This document shows positions 1 through 9,091 of a DNA stretch of 64,000 nucleotides, one piece after another. Both the position numbers and the translations under genes were made by a program. The stretch covers positions 4,460-68,459 of the forward strand of contig CAXBHG010000001.1 of NCBI GenBank assembly GCA_963975385.1, given 5' to 3'. The notes below the pieces were generated by a model. That model was not told the DNA's origin and searched no databases. It saw only the letters and a list, made by a program, of their open reading frames with translations. The DNA is from an uncultured Brevundimonas sp. GTDB taxonomy: Bacteria > Pseudomonadota > Alphaproteobacteria > Caulobacterales > Caulobacteraceae. The first letter of the stretch is position 1; the number at the start of each line of letters is the position of its first letter.

Positions 1-1038
1 GGCGCGGCCTATTACGGGGCGCGGCTGGAATATGCGTTTACCGAACCGGTTCTCGTCAGTCACCACCGGGCGCTGAACCGCTTCTTTGACGATGAGTGTG
101 ACGTCCATCTGACCGACATCGACGTGGCCAGAAACCGCTTTATCGCCTTCGTCACCGGGCCTCGCGAACCCGGGGCGTGGTATTTCTACGATCGCGACGC
201 CCGCGCCATCGTCAACATCGGCGTGGTGGGGCGGCTGGAACCGGAGCGGCTCGGCGCGACCGAGACCCTGGCCGTCCAGACCCGCGACGGCACGACCGTC
301 GAGGCCTATCTGACCGCACCTCCGGGGGGCGCGCCCGGTCCGCTGGTGGTCCTGCCGCACGGCGGACCCGAGCTGAGGGACACGCTGAGCTGGGACCGGC
401 AGGTCCAGGTGCTCGCCGCCCAGGGCTGGTGGGTGCTGAGGCCCAATTTCCGCGGCTCGGGCGGCTACGGCCTGAATTTCGCGCAGCAGGGCTGGGCCCG
501 CTGGGGCGATCGCATGCAGGAGGATGTCGAGGACGCGGTGGCTCATGCGATCGCCCACCGGGGACTGGACGCCGGCCGCGTCGCCATCATGGGGGCCAGT
601 TATGGCGGCTATGCCGCCCTGATGGGGGCCGCGCGGCGGCCCGACCTCTACAAGGCCGCCATCTCGATCTGCGGGGTCGGGGACCTGGTTGACATGCTCG
701 AGTGGGAGCGTCGCGAGGACGACTGGCCGGGCCAGCCGATCTATCAGTTCTGGATCAAGCGCATCGGTGATCCGGCCGTGATCGGTCCGGCGCTGGAGGC
801 GGCCTCGCCGCGACGGCGGGCGGGCGACATCCAGTGCCCGGTGCTTCTGGTTCACGGCGTCGACGACCCGATCGTCCCGGTCGCCCAGTCGCGTCGCATG
901 CGGGGCGCGCTGAACCGCGCCGGCCGGACAGTGGAACTGATCGAGGTCGAGGATGCGGGGCACGGCGACTGGGAAGACAGCCAGGAACAGATGTTGATGG
1001 AGCGCTACGTCGGGCTGCTGCGCCGGGTCTTCACCTGA
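1..1038 (+). CDS. S9 family (prolyl oligopeptidase/acylaminoacyl peptidase-like) serine peptidase, 5'-truncated by window edge
   Basis: Frame is open from base 1. PHGGP, PNFRGSGGYG, GASYGG nucleophile motif, HGVDDPIVP (Asp) and AGHG (His). Confidence 0.9.
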   Translation, partial: GAAYYGARLEYAFTEPVLVSHHRALNRFFDDECDVHLTDIDVARNRFIAFVTGPREPGAWYFYDRDARAIVNIGVVGRLEPERLGATETLAVQTRDGTTVEAYLTAPPGGAPGPLVVLPHGGPELRDTLSWDRQVQVLAAQGWWVLRPNFRGSGGYGLNFAQQGWARWGDRMQEDVEDAVAHAIAHRGLDAGRVAIMGASYGGYAALMGAARRPDLYKAAISICGVGDLVDMLEWERREDDWPGQPIYQFWIKRIGDPAVIGPALEAASPRRRAGDIQCPVLLVHGVDDPIVPVAQSRRMRGALNRAGRTVELIEVEDAGHGDWEDSQEQMLMERYVGLLRRVFT

Positions 1039-1141
1039 GACCGGCGCGACCGGGGCGTCGGATCAATGCCCTGAATTCCGTGGCTTGACGTCACCGGGCT
1101 GTCCGGGCCTTGATGCGCGGCAGGGTTTGGGGAAATCGACA

Positions 1142-3202
1142 GTGCAACTTGTCCGTATGATCGCGTCCGCCGTGGCGGTCGCCGCTTTCGCCATGGCGGC
1201 AGCTTTGACACCGATCCCGGCCCGCGCTGATCCGCCGACGATCGCGGATTTCGTTGCGGACCCGTCGCTGACGGGGGCCAGCCTGTCGCCGACCGGTCGC
1301 TATCTGGTCTGGGTGGCACACGACGGCGATCGCAGCGACATCCAGATCCGGGATCTGCAGGAAAAGACCTTCATGGTCCTGACCGGCGGCGAGGCGCGCG
1401 AGAGTTTCGGCGGCGTCTATATCGACTGGATCCGCTGGAAGACCGACGATCGCCTGCTGGTCGGCATCACCCGGATGGAAGTCCGGCGCTCGGGCAATCG
1501 CGACACCGGCGACATCCGCTCGTTTCGCTATGGCCAGTCGGTGCTGTCGATGGCCAGGGACGGCTCGTCGGCGATCCAGCTCAGGGCCCCGCACACCGAG
1601 GAGGCCCAGCCGGGCAAGGTTCTCGATCTGCTGCGGGACGACCCGGACAATGTCCTGATGAGCTATCGCACCGTCCGGGGCGCGCTGAACCTGGCGCGGG
1701 TCAACATCCTGACGGGCGAGGCCGAGGAGACCCTGTCGGGGCATCGTCGGGTGCTGGACTACATCACCGACCGCGACGGCACGGTGGTCGGCCGCATCGC
1801 CTATCGCAGCGTCGGGCAGATCCTGATCATGGAGGCGCTGGACGCCGACGGCGGATGGTCCGAGGTCTACCGGCTGCGACGCAACGAGATTCGCGACCTG
1901 CCCGACTATCAAATCCTCGGCGGGACCGGCGAACCCGGCAAGGTCTATGTGGCGGTTCAGCCCGAGGCTCCCGAAGGTGACAACACGACGGCGGCGGTTC
2001 ACGTCTTCGACTTCACCACCCGCACCATGGGGCCCGCCATCTGGCAGCAGGCCGCCTATGATGTGGACGGTATCCTGCAGGATGCGGACTCGGGCGAACT
2101 GGTCGCCGGCTGTTACTGGGCCGACATCTACCGCTGTGACTTCCTCGACCCGCAGGAGGAGGCGGTCATGTCCGGTATCCGTCGCTTCTTTGGCGAGGAC
2201 TGGAGCGTGTCAGTGATCTCCCAGGCCCGCGACGGCGCGCGCTGGCTGGTGCGGGCCTCGGCCCCCAACAATCCGGGGGAGCTCTACATCTTCCACGTCG
2301 AGGAACGGCGCATGGAATATGTCGACGCCGTCTATCCGCGTCTGCCGGAAGCCGTCCTGGGGTCGATGACACGCGTCGACTACACGGCGGCCGACGGCCA
2401 GGCCCTGTTCGGCTATCTGACCCGCCCGCCGGGGGCCGCCGCCGACGCCGTTCTGCCATTGGTGGTCATGCCGCACGGTGGGCCCGAGATGCGGGACTAT
2501 CTGACCTATGACACCTGGGCCCAGTTCCTGGCGACGCGCGGTTACCAGGTGTTCCAGCCCAATTTCCGGGGCTCGGCCGGCATGGGGCGGGCCTTCGCCC
2601 AGGCGGGCTATCGCCAGTGGGGCCTGCGCATGCAGGACGATGTCAGCGCCGGTGTCGATCATCTGGTTGCTGCGGGTCTGGCCGAGGCCGGTCGCGCCTG
2701 TGTGGTGGGGGCCAGCTACGGGGGCTATGCGGCGCTGCAGTCGGGGGCCAGCCAGTCCGATCGCTACCGCTGTGTCATCTCGATCGCCGGCCCGTCCGAC
2801 CTGATCACCATGCTGCGCTGGGTCTGGACGGAGGAGGGGGCGAATTCCGACAGCTATGAGTACTGGCTGAAGGCGATCGGCGACCCGCGCGATGACCGGG
2901 CAAGGCTGGAGGCAGCGTCACCGATCCGGGCGGTCGCGGACTGGCGGTTGCCGGTATTGCTGATCCATGGCGAGGCGGATTCGGTCGTGCCGGTCAGCCA
3001 GTCACGGGACATGGAGCGCGCGCTCCGCCGGGCCGGCAAGGACGTCCGTCTGGTGGTGATGGCGGGGGCCGGTCACAGCCGCTGGGTCAGTCGCGACGAG
3101 ACCCGGGTTCTGGCCGAGATGGAGTCCTTTCTGGCCATCCACCTGCCACGCGGCGGGGAGGTTTCGCCCGCCGCAGCGGACGGGCCGGCTGTCGGCGACT
3201 GA
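1142..3202 (+). CDS. Secreted S9 family peptidase (beta-propeller plus alpha/beta hydrolase)
   Basis: Signal peptide ending ARA-D; PHGGP, GASYGG, HGEADSVVP, AGH. Start is GTG 1142 (GGGGA upstream) or ATG 1157. Confidence 0.9.
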   Translation: MQLVRMIASAVAVAAFAMAAALTPIPARADPPTIADFVADPSLTGASLSPTGRYLVWVAHDGDRSDIQIRDLQEKTFMVLTGGEARESFGGVYIDWIRWKTDDRLLVGITRMEVRRSGNRDTGDIRSFRYGQSVLSMARDGSSAIQLRAPHTEEAQPGKVLDLLRDDPDNVLMSYRTVRGALNLARVNILTGEAEETLSGHRRVLDYITDRDGTVVGRIAYRSVGQILIMEALDADGGWSEVYRLRRNEIRDLPDYQILGGTGEPGKVYVAVQPEAPEGDNTTAAVHVFDFTTRTMGPAIWQQAAYDVDGILQDADSGELVAGCYWADIYRCDFLDPQEEAVMSGIRRFFGEDWSVSVISQARDGARWLVRASAPNNPGELYIFHVEERRMEYVDAVYPRLPEAVLGSMTRVDYTAADGQALFGYLTRPPGAAADAVLPLVVMPHGGPEMRDYLTYDTWAQFLATRGYQVFQPNFRGSAGMGRAFAQAGYRQWGLRMQDDVSAGVDHLVAAGLAEAGRACVVGASYGGYAALQSGASQSDRYRCVISIAGPSDLITMLRWVWTEEGANSDSYEYWLKAIGDPRDDRARLEAASPIRAVADWRLPVLLIHGEADSVVPVSQSRDMERALRRAGKDVRLVVMAGAGHSRWVSRDETRVLAEMESFLAIHLPRGGEVSPAAADGPAVGD

Positions 3203-3204
3203 GG

Positions 3205-3945
3205 TCAGTCGCCGCCACAAACCGGACAGGCGGGGTCGGCCGGCAGGGTGACGATCCGGGCGGTTCCGGCCAGGCCGTCATAGAGCAGCAGGCGACCCGC
3301 CAGTGTCGTTCCGGCCCCGGTGATCCGCTTGATCGCCTCCAGGGCGGCCATGGAGCCGATGACCCCGGTCAGGGCCCCGATCACGCCCGCGCGCGCACAG
3401 GTTTCGGCCTCGGGCGGGGCCTCCGGCACGAGGCAACGGTAGCAGGGACGCCCCTCGAAGACGGCGACCTGACCGCTCCAGCGGCCCAAAGCCCCCGAAA
3501 CCAGGGGAATGCCGGCGGCGACGCAGGCGGCGTTGACCGCGAACCGGGTGGCGAAATCGTCGGTGCCGTCGAGCACCAGGTCACAGCCGGCGATCAACGT
3601 CGCCGCATTGGCTTCGGTCAGCCGCTCGGCGACCGGTTCCATGCGGACGTGGGGGTTCAGCGCGTCCAGGGCCGCGGCCCCGGCCTCGACCTTGAGCCGA
3701 CCGGTATCGGCCCCGGTGAAGAGGATCTGGCGCTGGAGGTTGGACAGGGCGACCGTGTCGTCATCGATGAGGCGCAGGGTCCCGACGCCCGCGGCGGCCA
3801 GATACAGGGCGGCCGGGGCTCCGACCCCGCCCAGACCGATCAGGGCCACGCGCGCGGCCTGCAGCCGCTGCTGGCCGGGCCCGCCCAGTTCCGCCAGCAC
3901 GAGGTGGCGGGCATAGCGTTCGATTTCGTCGTCGGAGAAGCTCAC
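3205..3945 (-). CDS. moeB: HesA/MoeB/ThiF family adenylyltransferase
   Basis: ERYARH, GLGGVG, SNLQRQ, PCYRC and terminal CPVC Zn motifs, ETC catalytic-loop Cys. Confidence 0.88.
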   Translation of the reverse strand: MSFSDDEIERYARHLVLAELGGPGQQRLQAARVALIGLGGVGAPAALYLAAAGVGTLRLIDDDTVALSNLQRQILFTGADTGRLKVEAGAAALDALNPHVRMEPVAERLTEANAATLIAGCDLVLDGTDDFATRFAVNAACVAAGIPLVSGALGRWSGQVAVFEGRPCYRCLVPEAPPEAETCARAGVIGALTGVIGSMAALEAIKRITGAGTTLAGRLLLYDGLAGTARIVTLPADPACPVCGGD

Positions 3946-3984
3946 CCGTCCCGCTTAGGGCCAGATGCCGTCCAGGTCACGCGT

Positions 3985-4377
3985 TCAGGCGGCCAGGCTC
4001 ATCTCGAGCATCGATTCCGCCTGCGGGGCGGTGACCCGGGAAATACAGGGCAGGCCGAACCGGTCCAGCATGGCTGCCGGGTCCGGACAAAGAATCATCG
4101 GCAATTCGATCCGCCGCGAAACGATCGGTGTGTCGGACAGGATACGCAGGCCCGTGTGCCGGGGATCGCGCAGCAACCGCTGCATCAACCGGTCGATGTC
4201 GTTTCGCCCGCCCTCGATCACCTGCAGGATATGTCCCCGATGCAGCATCATACAGCTGGTCAGGTGGTCGCGACGGTTGTTGGGTTCGGACGCGCCGAGA
4301 ATCTGGGCGACCGACAGGGTCGACCCGCCGGTGGTTCCGACCGCTTCACTTGCGTATATCACGCGATGAAGCATCAC
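3985..4377 (-). CDS. Stand-alone BLUF (blue-light, FAD) domain protein
   Basis: IYAS Tyr, NNRR, LQVIEG Gln and DPRH motifs. Start is GTG 4377 or ATG 4374. Confidence 0.85.
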   Translation of the reverse strand: MMLHRVIYASEAVGTTGGSTLSVAQILGASEPNNRRDHLTSCMMLHRGHILQVIEGGRNDIDRLMQRLLRDPRHTGLRILSDTPIVSRRIELPMILCPDPAAMLDRFGLPCISRVTAPQAESMLEMSLAA

Positions 4378-4479
4378 GGTTCTCGTTTATAGCTGGTTTT
4401 AGGGTGTATTTTTGCATCCTAATCGGCAGGGTGGGCAATATTATGGCCGGTGCCATCATTGATTTTACATCCCTTTCCG

Positions 4480-4508
4480 CTTGCCGGACCGCAATTGCGT
4501 CGCCATCT
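4480..4508 (+). promoter_or_regulatory. Putative sigma-32 promoter for hslVU (probably leaderless)
   Basis: CTTG at 4480 and GCCATCT at 4502-4508. ATG lies 8 nt downstream with no SD. hslVU is a known heat-shock operon. Confidence 0.45.
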
Positions 4509-4516
4509 GGCCTGTC

Positions 4517-5089
4517 ATGACCTATCCCAATGCGAACTTCCCCGACTGGCACGGCACCACCATTCTGGCGGTGCGCCGAAACGGCCTGACCGTCATCGCC
4601 GGCGACGGCCAGGTGTCGATGGGGCCGACGATCGTCAAGGGGGCCGCGCGCAAGGTCCGGACCCTGGCGGACGGCCGGGTGCTGGCGGGATTCGCCGGGG
4701 CCACGGCCGACGCCTTCACCCTGATCGAACGGCTGGAGGCCAAGCTGGAACAGTATCCGGACCAGCTGGCCCGGGCCTGTGTCGACCTGGCCAAGGACTG
4801 GCGAACCGACCGCTATCTGCGCCGCCTCGAGGCGATGCTGCTGGTCGCCGACGCCAATTCCATCTTCACCGTGACCGGGGTCGGGGATGTGCTGGAGCCG
4901 GAACACGGGGTGGCGGCGGTCGGATCAGGCGGCAATTTCGCCCTGTCGGCGGCCCGGGCCCTGATCGACCATACCGAACTCGATGCCGAACAGGTGGCCC
5001 GCAAGGCGATGGAGATCGCCGCGCAGATCTGTGTCTACACCAACGGCAATCTGACGGTGGAGACGCTGGGCAAGGGGAGCGTTCGATGA
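4517..5089 (+). CDS. hslV: ATP-dependent protease subunit HslV
   Basis: WHG|TTI N-terminal Thr nucleophile, [33 protein letters not shown]. Confidence 0.97.
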   Translation: MTYPNANFPDWHGTTILAVRRNGLTVIAGDGQVSMGPTIVKGAARKVRTLADGRVLAGFAGATADAFTLIERLEAKLEQYPDQLARACVDLAKDWRTDRYLRRLEAMLLVADANSIFTVTGVGDVLEPEHGVAAVGSGGNFALSAARALIDHTELDAEQVARKAMEIAAQICVYTNGNLTVETLGKGSVR

Positions 5090-6387
5090 CCGATCTGTCG
5101 CCTCGGGAAATCGTCTCCGAACTGGACCGGTTCATCGTCGGCCAGAACGACGCCAAACGTGCCGTGGCCGTGGCCCTGCGCAACCGCTGGCGGCGCAAGC
5201 GCGTGCCCGAGGACCTGCGCGACGAGGTCACGCCCAAGAACATCCTGATGATCGGCCCCACGGGGGTCGGCAAGACCGAGATCGCCCGGCGGCTGGCGAA
5301 GCTGGGCGGCTCGCCCTTCCTCAAGGTCGAGGCGACCAAATTCACCGAGGTCGGCTACGTCGGCCGCGACGTCGACCAGATCATGCGCGACCTCGTCGAG
5401 AGTGCGCTGGTGATCGTGCGCGACAAGCGTCGCACAGGGGTCAAGGCCCAGGCCGAGGGACGGGCGGAGGAGCGGATTCTGGACGCCCTGGTCGGGCCAG
5501 GCTCGCAGCCGGCCACGCGCGACAGTTTCCGCAAGAAGCTGCGCGCCGGCGAACTGGACGACAAGGAGATCGAGATCGCCCTGACCGACACCGCCTCGCC
5601 GATGCCGGGGTTCGACCTTCCGGGCGGCGGCAATGTCGGCATGATCAATCTCAGCGAGATGCTGGGCAAGATGGGCGGGCCGCGCAGCAAGACCGTCAAG
5701 CTGACCGTGCGCGACGCCGTGGGTCCGCTGGTGGCCGAGGAGAGCGACAATCTTCTGGATCAGGACAGCCTGACCAAGGAGGCCCTGCTTCTGGCCGAGA
5801 ACGAGGGCATCGTCTTCCTCGACGAGATCGACAAGGTGGCGGCGCGCCAGGGGGCCTCGGGCGGCGACGTGTCGCGTGAGGGCGTGCAACGCGACCTGCT
5901 GCCGCTGATCGAGGGCACCACGGTCTCGACCAAATACGGTCCGGTGCGGTCGGACCATGTGTTGTTCATCGCCTCCGGAGCCTTTCATGTCTCCAAACCC
6001 AGTGACCTGCTGCCCGAACTGCAGGGCCGGCTGCCGATCCGGGTCGAGCTGAAGGCCCTGACGCGCGATGACCTGAAGCGCATCCTGATCGAGCCCGAGG
6101 CCAATCTGATCCGTCAGAACCAGGCCCTGTTGGCGACCGAGGGGGTGACGCTGGTGTTCACCGACGACGCTGTCGAGGCCATGGCCGATGCGGCGGTGGC
6201 GGCCAATGGCGCGGTCGAGAACATCGGCGCGCGACGGCTGCAGACGGTGCTGGAAAAGGTGCTGGAAGAGACCAGTTTCAAGGCGGCCGACCTGTCCGGC
6301 CAGACCATCACCTTCGACGGCAAGGCGGTGAATGCCCTGGTCGGCGACCTGGCCAAAAACGCGGATCTGAGCCGCTTCATCCTCTGA
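5086..6387 (+). CDS. hslU: ATP-dependent protease ATPase subunit HslU
   Basis: [12 protein letters not shown] pore loop, DEIDK, C-terminal DLSRFIL. ATGA overlap with hslV. Confidence 0.97.
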   Translation: MTDLSPREIVSELDRFIVGQNDAKRAVAVALRNRWRRKRVPEDLRDEVTPKNILMIGPTGVGKTEIARRLAKLGGSPFLKVEATKFTEVGYVGRDVDQIMRDLVESALVIVRDKRRTGVKAQAEGRAEERILDALVGPGSQPATRDSFRKKLRAGELDDKEIEIALTDTASPMPGFDLPGGGNVGMINLSEMLGKMGGPRSKTVKLTVRDAVGPLVAEESDNLLDQDSLTKEALLLAENEGIVFLDEIDKVAARQGASGGDVSREGVQRDLLPLIEGTTVSTKYGPVRSDHVLFIASGAFHVSKPSDLLPELQGRLPIRVELKALTRDDLKRILIEPEANLIRQNQALLATEGVTLVFTDDAVEAMADAAVAANGAVENIGARRLQTVLEKVLEETSFKAADLSGQTITFDGKAVNALVGDLAKNADLSRFIL

Positions 6388-6463
6388 GGTCGAAGGCCCG
6401 GCCTTAAAACCCGCGTGATCTGTGCTATAGGTCGGCCTTCCCCGTTTTCGCAGGATCATCCCC

Positions 6464-7648
6464 TTGAGCGTTACGCTCGACCTTTCGCGTGTCTCCTCGC
6501 CCGCCACCCCCGCGCCCGTCACCCTGTCCGGGATGACGCGGACAGCCCTGCGCGAGGCGCTGATCGCCGCCGACATCTGCCCGCCGGAGAAGGCGAAGAT
6601 GCGCGCCACCCAGGTGTGGCGCTGGATCCATTTCTACGGGGTCACCGACTTCGGGGCGATGACCGATATCGGCAAGGAGACGCGCGCGAAGCTGGCCGAG
6701 GTCTTCACCGTGGCCCGGCCCGAGATCGTCGAACGCCAGGTGTCGAAGGACGGCACCCGAAAATGGCTGATCCGCACCGCGCCGGGCATTGAGGTCGAGG
6801 CGGTCTACATCCCCGACGTCGGCCGGGCCGGAGCGCTGTGCGTCTCGTCCCAGGTCGGCTGTACGCTCAACTGCACCTTCTGCCACACCGGCACCCAGAA
6901 GCTGGTACGCAACCTGACCGCGGCCGAGATCGTGGCCCAGGTCCAGGTCTGCCGCGACGACCTCGAGGAATGGCCCAAATTCGGTGAGGACGTCACCGAC
7001 CAGGATGAGCGCCGGCTGTCGAACATCGTCTTCATGGGCATGGGCGAGCCGCTCTACAATCTGGACCATGTCGCCGACGCGATCGAGATCATTTCGGACG
7101 GCGAGGGCATCGCCCTGTCGCGCCGTCGGATCACCGTCTCGACCTCGGGTGTGGTGCCGCAGCTGGAGCCGCTGGGCACCCGCACCCAGGCCATGCTGGC
7201 GATCAGCCTGCACGCCACCAACGACGCCCTGCGCGACGTGCTGGTGCCGCTGAACAAGAAATACAACCTCGACCAGCTGATGGCCGGCATCCGTGCCTAT
7301 CCGGGTATTTCCAACGCCCGCCGGGTGACGTTCGAATATGTGATGCTGAAGGGTATCAATGACAGTCCCGAAGAGGCCCGCGCCCTGATCAGATTGATCG
7401 AGGGCATTCCGGCCAAGATCAATCTGATCCCGTTCAACCCCTGGCCCGGCACCGACTATGAGTGCTCGGACTGGAAGACGATCGAACGGTTCGCCGCCAT
7501 CATCAACAAGGCCGGCTATGCCAGCCCGATCCGCACCCCGCGCGGGCGCGACATCCTGGCCGCCTGTGGCCAGCTGAAGTCCGAGAGCGAGAAGGTGCGC
7601 GCCTCGGCCCTGCGCAAGGCGGAACAGGCCGCCGTCGCGGCCGCCTGA
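6464..7648 (+). CDS. rlmN: Dual-specificity rRNA/tRNA methyltransferase RlmN (radical SAM)
   Basis: [23 protein letters not shown] start with AGGA upstream. Confidence 0.96.
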   Translation: MSVTLDLSRVSSPATPAPVTLSGMTRTALREALIAADICPPEKAKMRATQVWRWIHFYGVTDFGAMTDIGKETRAKLAEVFTVARPEIVERQVSKDGTRKWLIRTAPGIEVEAVYIPDVGRAGALCVSSQVGCTLNCTFCHTGTQKLVRNLTAAEIVAQVQVCRDDLEEWPKFGEDVTDQDERRLSNIVFMGMGEPLYNLDHVADAIEIISDGEGIALSRRRITVSTSGVVPQLEPLGTRTQAMLAISLHATNDALRDVLVPLNKKYNLDQLMAGIRAYPGISNARRVTFEYVMLKGINDSPEEARALIRLIEGIPAKINLIPFNPWPGTDYECSDWKTIERFAAIINKAGYASPIRTPRGRDILAACGQLKSESEKVRASALRKAEQAAVAAA

Positions 7649-7762
7649 AACCCGGACCCGAAACGCACGGTCACCTTTCTTGACCGGGTGTGGCGCGGGG
7701 ACGCTTGCGGATCGGGGGGCCGATCAGGCAAGGATGTTTTGCTTTCGTTCGCTGGATTTTCC

Positions 7763-8206
7763 ATGGACCCCTCGTCGCTTACCAATGTTCTTTCCAGCCC
7801 GGAGGTGCAGGCGTTCGCCAGCGGCTTCCCGGTCATGGTCATGCATCTGGGTCTGACCCTGGCCCTGCTGGTGGTCGGCGCGGCCGTCTATGCGATGCTG
7901 TCGCCGTGGAAGGAAATCGCCCTGATCCGCGACGGCAATTCGGCTGCGGCCGTGGCCTTCGCGGGCATTCTGCTGGGCCTCGCAATCCCGCTGGCGGTGT
8001 CCCTGTCGGTATCGACCTCGGTGCGCGACATCGCCATCTGGGGGGTGGCGACCGTGGTGTTGCAGCTGTTCGCCTTCCGCGTTGTCGACACCCTGCTGAC
8101 CGGCCTGCCCCAGCGCATCCGCGAGGGCGAGATTTCGGCCGCCGTGCTGCTGGTCGGGGCCAAGCTGGCTACGGCCCTGATCCTGGCAGCGGCCCTGACG
8201 GGCTGA
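7763..8206 (+). CDS. DUF350 family membrane protein
   Basis: Four hydrophobic helices; SPWKEIALIRDGNSAAA motif typical of DUF350/YjfL. Confidence 0.8.
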   Translation: MDPSSLTNVLSSPEVQAFASGFPVMVMHLGLTLALLVVGAAVYAMLSPWKEIALIRDGNSAAAVAFAGILLGLAIPLAVSLSVSTSVRDIAIWGVATVVLQLFAFRVVDTLLTGLPQRIREGEISAAVLLVGAKLATALILAAALTG

Positions 8207-8213
8207 CGCGCCC

Positions 8214-9044
8214 ATGTATTTTCCCCGCCTGCCTGACTGGGTGATCTACGGTGCCGTCGTCGGCGTTCTGGTGGTCGTTTCGCTCGGGCGTCGTGAAAAC
8301 GCGGATGCGCCGCCCGCGCCGGCCCCGCCGGACCAGATCGAGGACGCCCTGCTGGGGCCGGTGACTCCGTTCGATCCGGCCGTCACCGTCAATGCGCCGG
8401 ATTCCCCGTTCCGGCCGAACGCCGGCACTGCCTTCTCGATCGCCGCGGACGGGCGCTGGGTCACGGCCCGCCATGTGGTCGAGGGCTGCCGCAAGCCGGC
8501 GCTGGTGGTCGGTGGGGGGCGGGCCGTGGCCGCCGCGGTGCGGCTGGCCCCGCGGGCCGATGTCGCCGTCCTGATCACCGAGGGAGGTCCGCCGGCGGTG
8601 CCCGTGGCCCTGAACCAGCCGCTGCGGTCGGGCCAGCGCGCCTTTCATCCGGGTTTTCCGCAGGGCGGTGCCGGCGAGGTCACCACCCGGCTGCTGGGTC
8701 GCGAAACGCTGAAGGGGCGTGCCCGCGGCCATCGCGAGGAAGAGGTCCTGGCCTGGGCCGAGGTCGGGCGCACGGCCGGGCTGGACGGCACCCTGGCCGG
8801 GTTGTCGGGGGCACCGGTGCTGGATCGACAGGGCCGGGCACTGGGGGTCACCATCGCCGAGGCCCCGCGCCGCGGGCGGATCTATACGACGGTGCCGGAA
8901 GGCTTCGGTGCCGCCCTGCGCGGCCTGCAGGAGGCGGATGAACCGCTGCTGGGCGAACCGGTCACGATCGACAACTACGGCCGGGTCGCCGACGCCATGC
9001 GGCGCGAACTGCGCGTGGCCCAGGTGGTCTGTCTCGGCGGCTGA
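8214..9044 (+). CDS. Membrane-anchored trypsin-like serine protease
   Basis: N-terminal TM; GTAF, TARHVV (His), DVAVL (Asp), GLSGAP (Ser). Confidence 0.88.
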   Translation: MYFPRLPDWVIYGAVVGVLVVVSLGRRENADAPPAPAPPDQIEDALLGPVTPFDPAVTVNAPDSPFRPNAGTAFSIAADGRWVTARHVVEGCRKPALVVGGGRAVAAAVRLAPRADVAVLITEGGPPAVPVALNQPLRSGQRAFHPGFPQGGAGEVTTRLLGRETLKGRARGHREEEVLAWAEVGRTAGLDGTLAGLSGAPVLDRQGRALGVTIAEAPRRGRIYTTVPEGFGAALRGLQEADEPLLGEPVTIDNYGRVADAMRRELRVAQVVCLGG

Positions 9045-9050
9045 CGGTCA

Positions 9051-9081
9051 CGCCCCCCGCCCGCAGGACGGGCGGGGGGCG
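9051..9081. terminator. Perfect 13-bp hairpin between convergent genes
   Basis: cgccccccgcccg-cagga-cgggcggggggcg; no U-tract on either side. Confidence 0.6.
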
Positions 9082-9091
9082 GTGCCGGTCC

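Noticed and set aside
1-3945. RiPP cluster (ThiF plus peptidases)
   Set aside because: The ThiF-family gene is convergent, looks like canonical MoeB, and no precursor peptide is visible.
4450-6387. 645-aa extended HslU
   Set aside because: The extension overlaps hslV out of frame. The real start at 5086 has an SD and an ATGA overlap.
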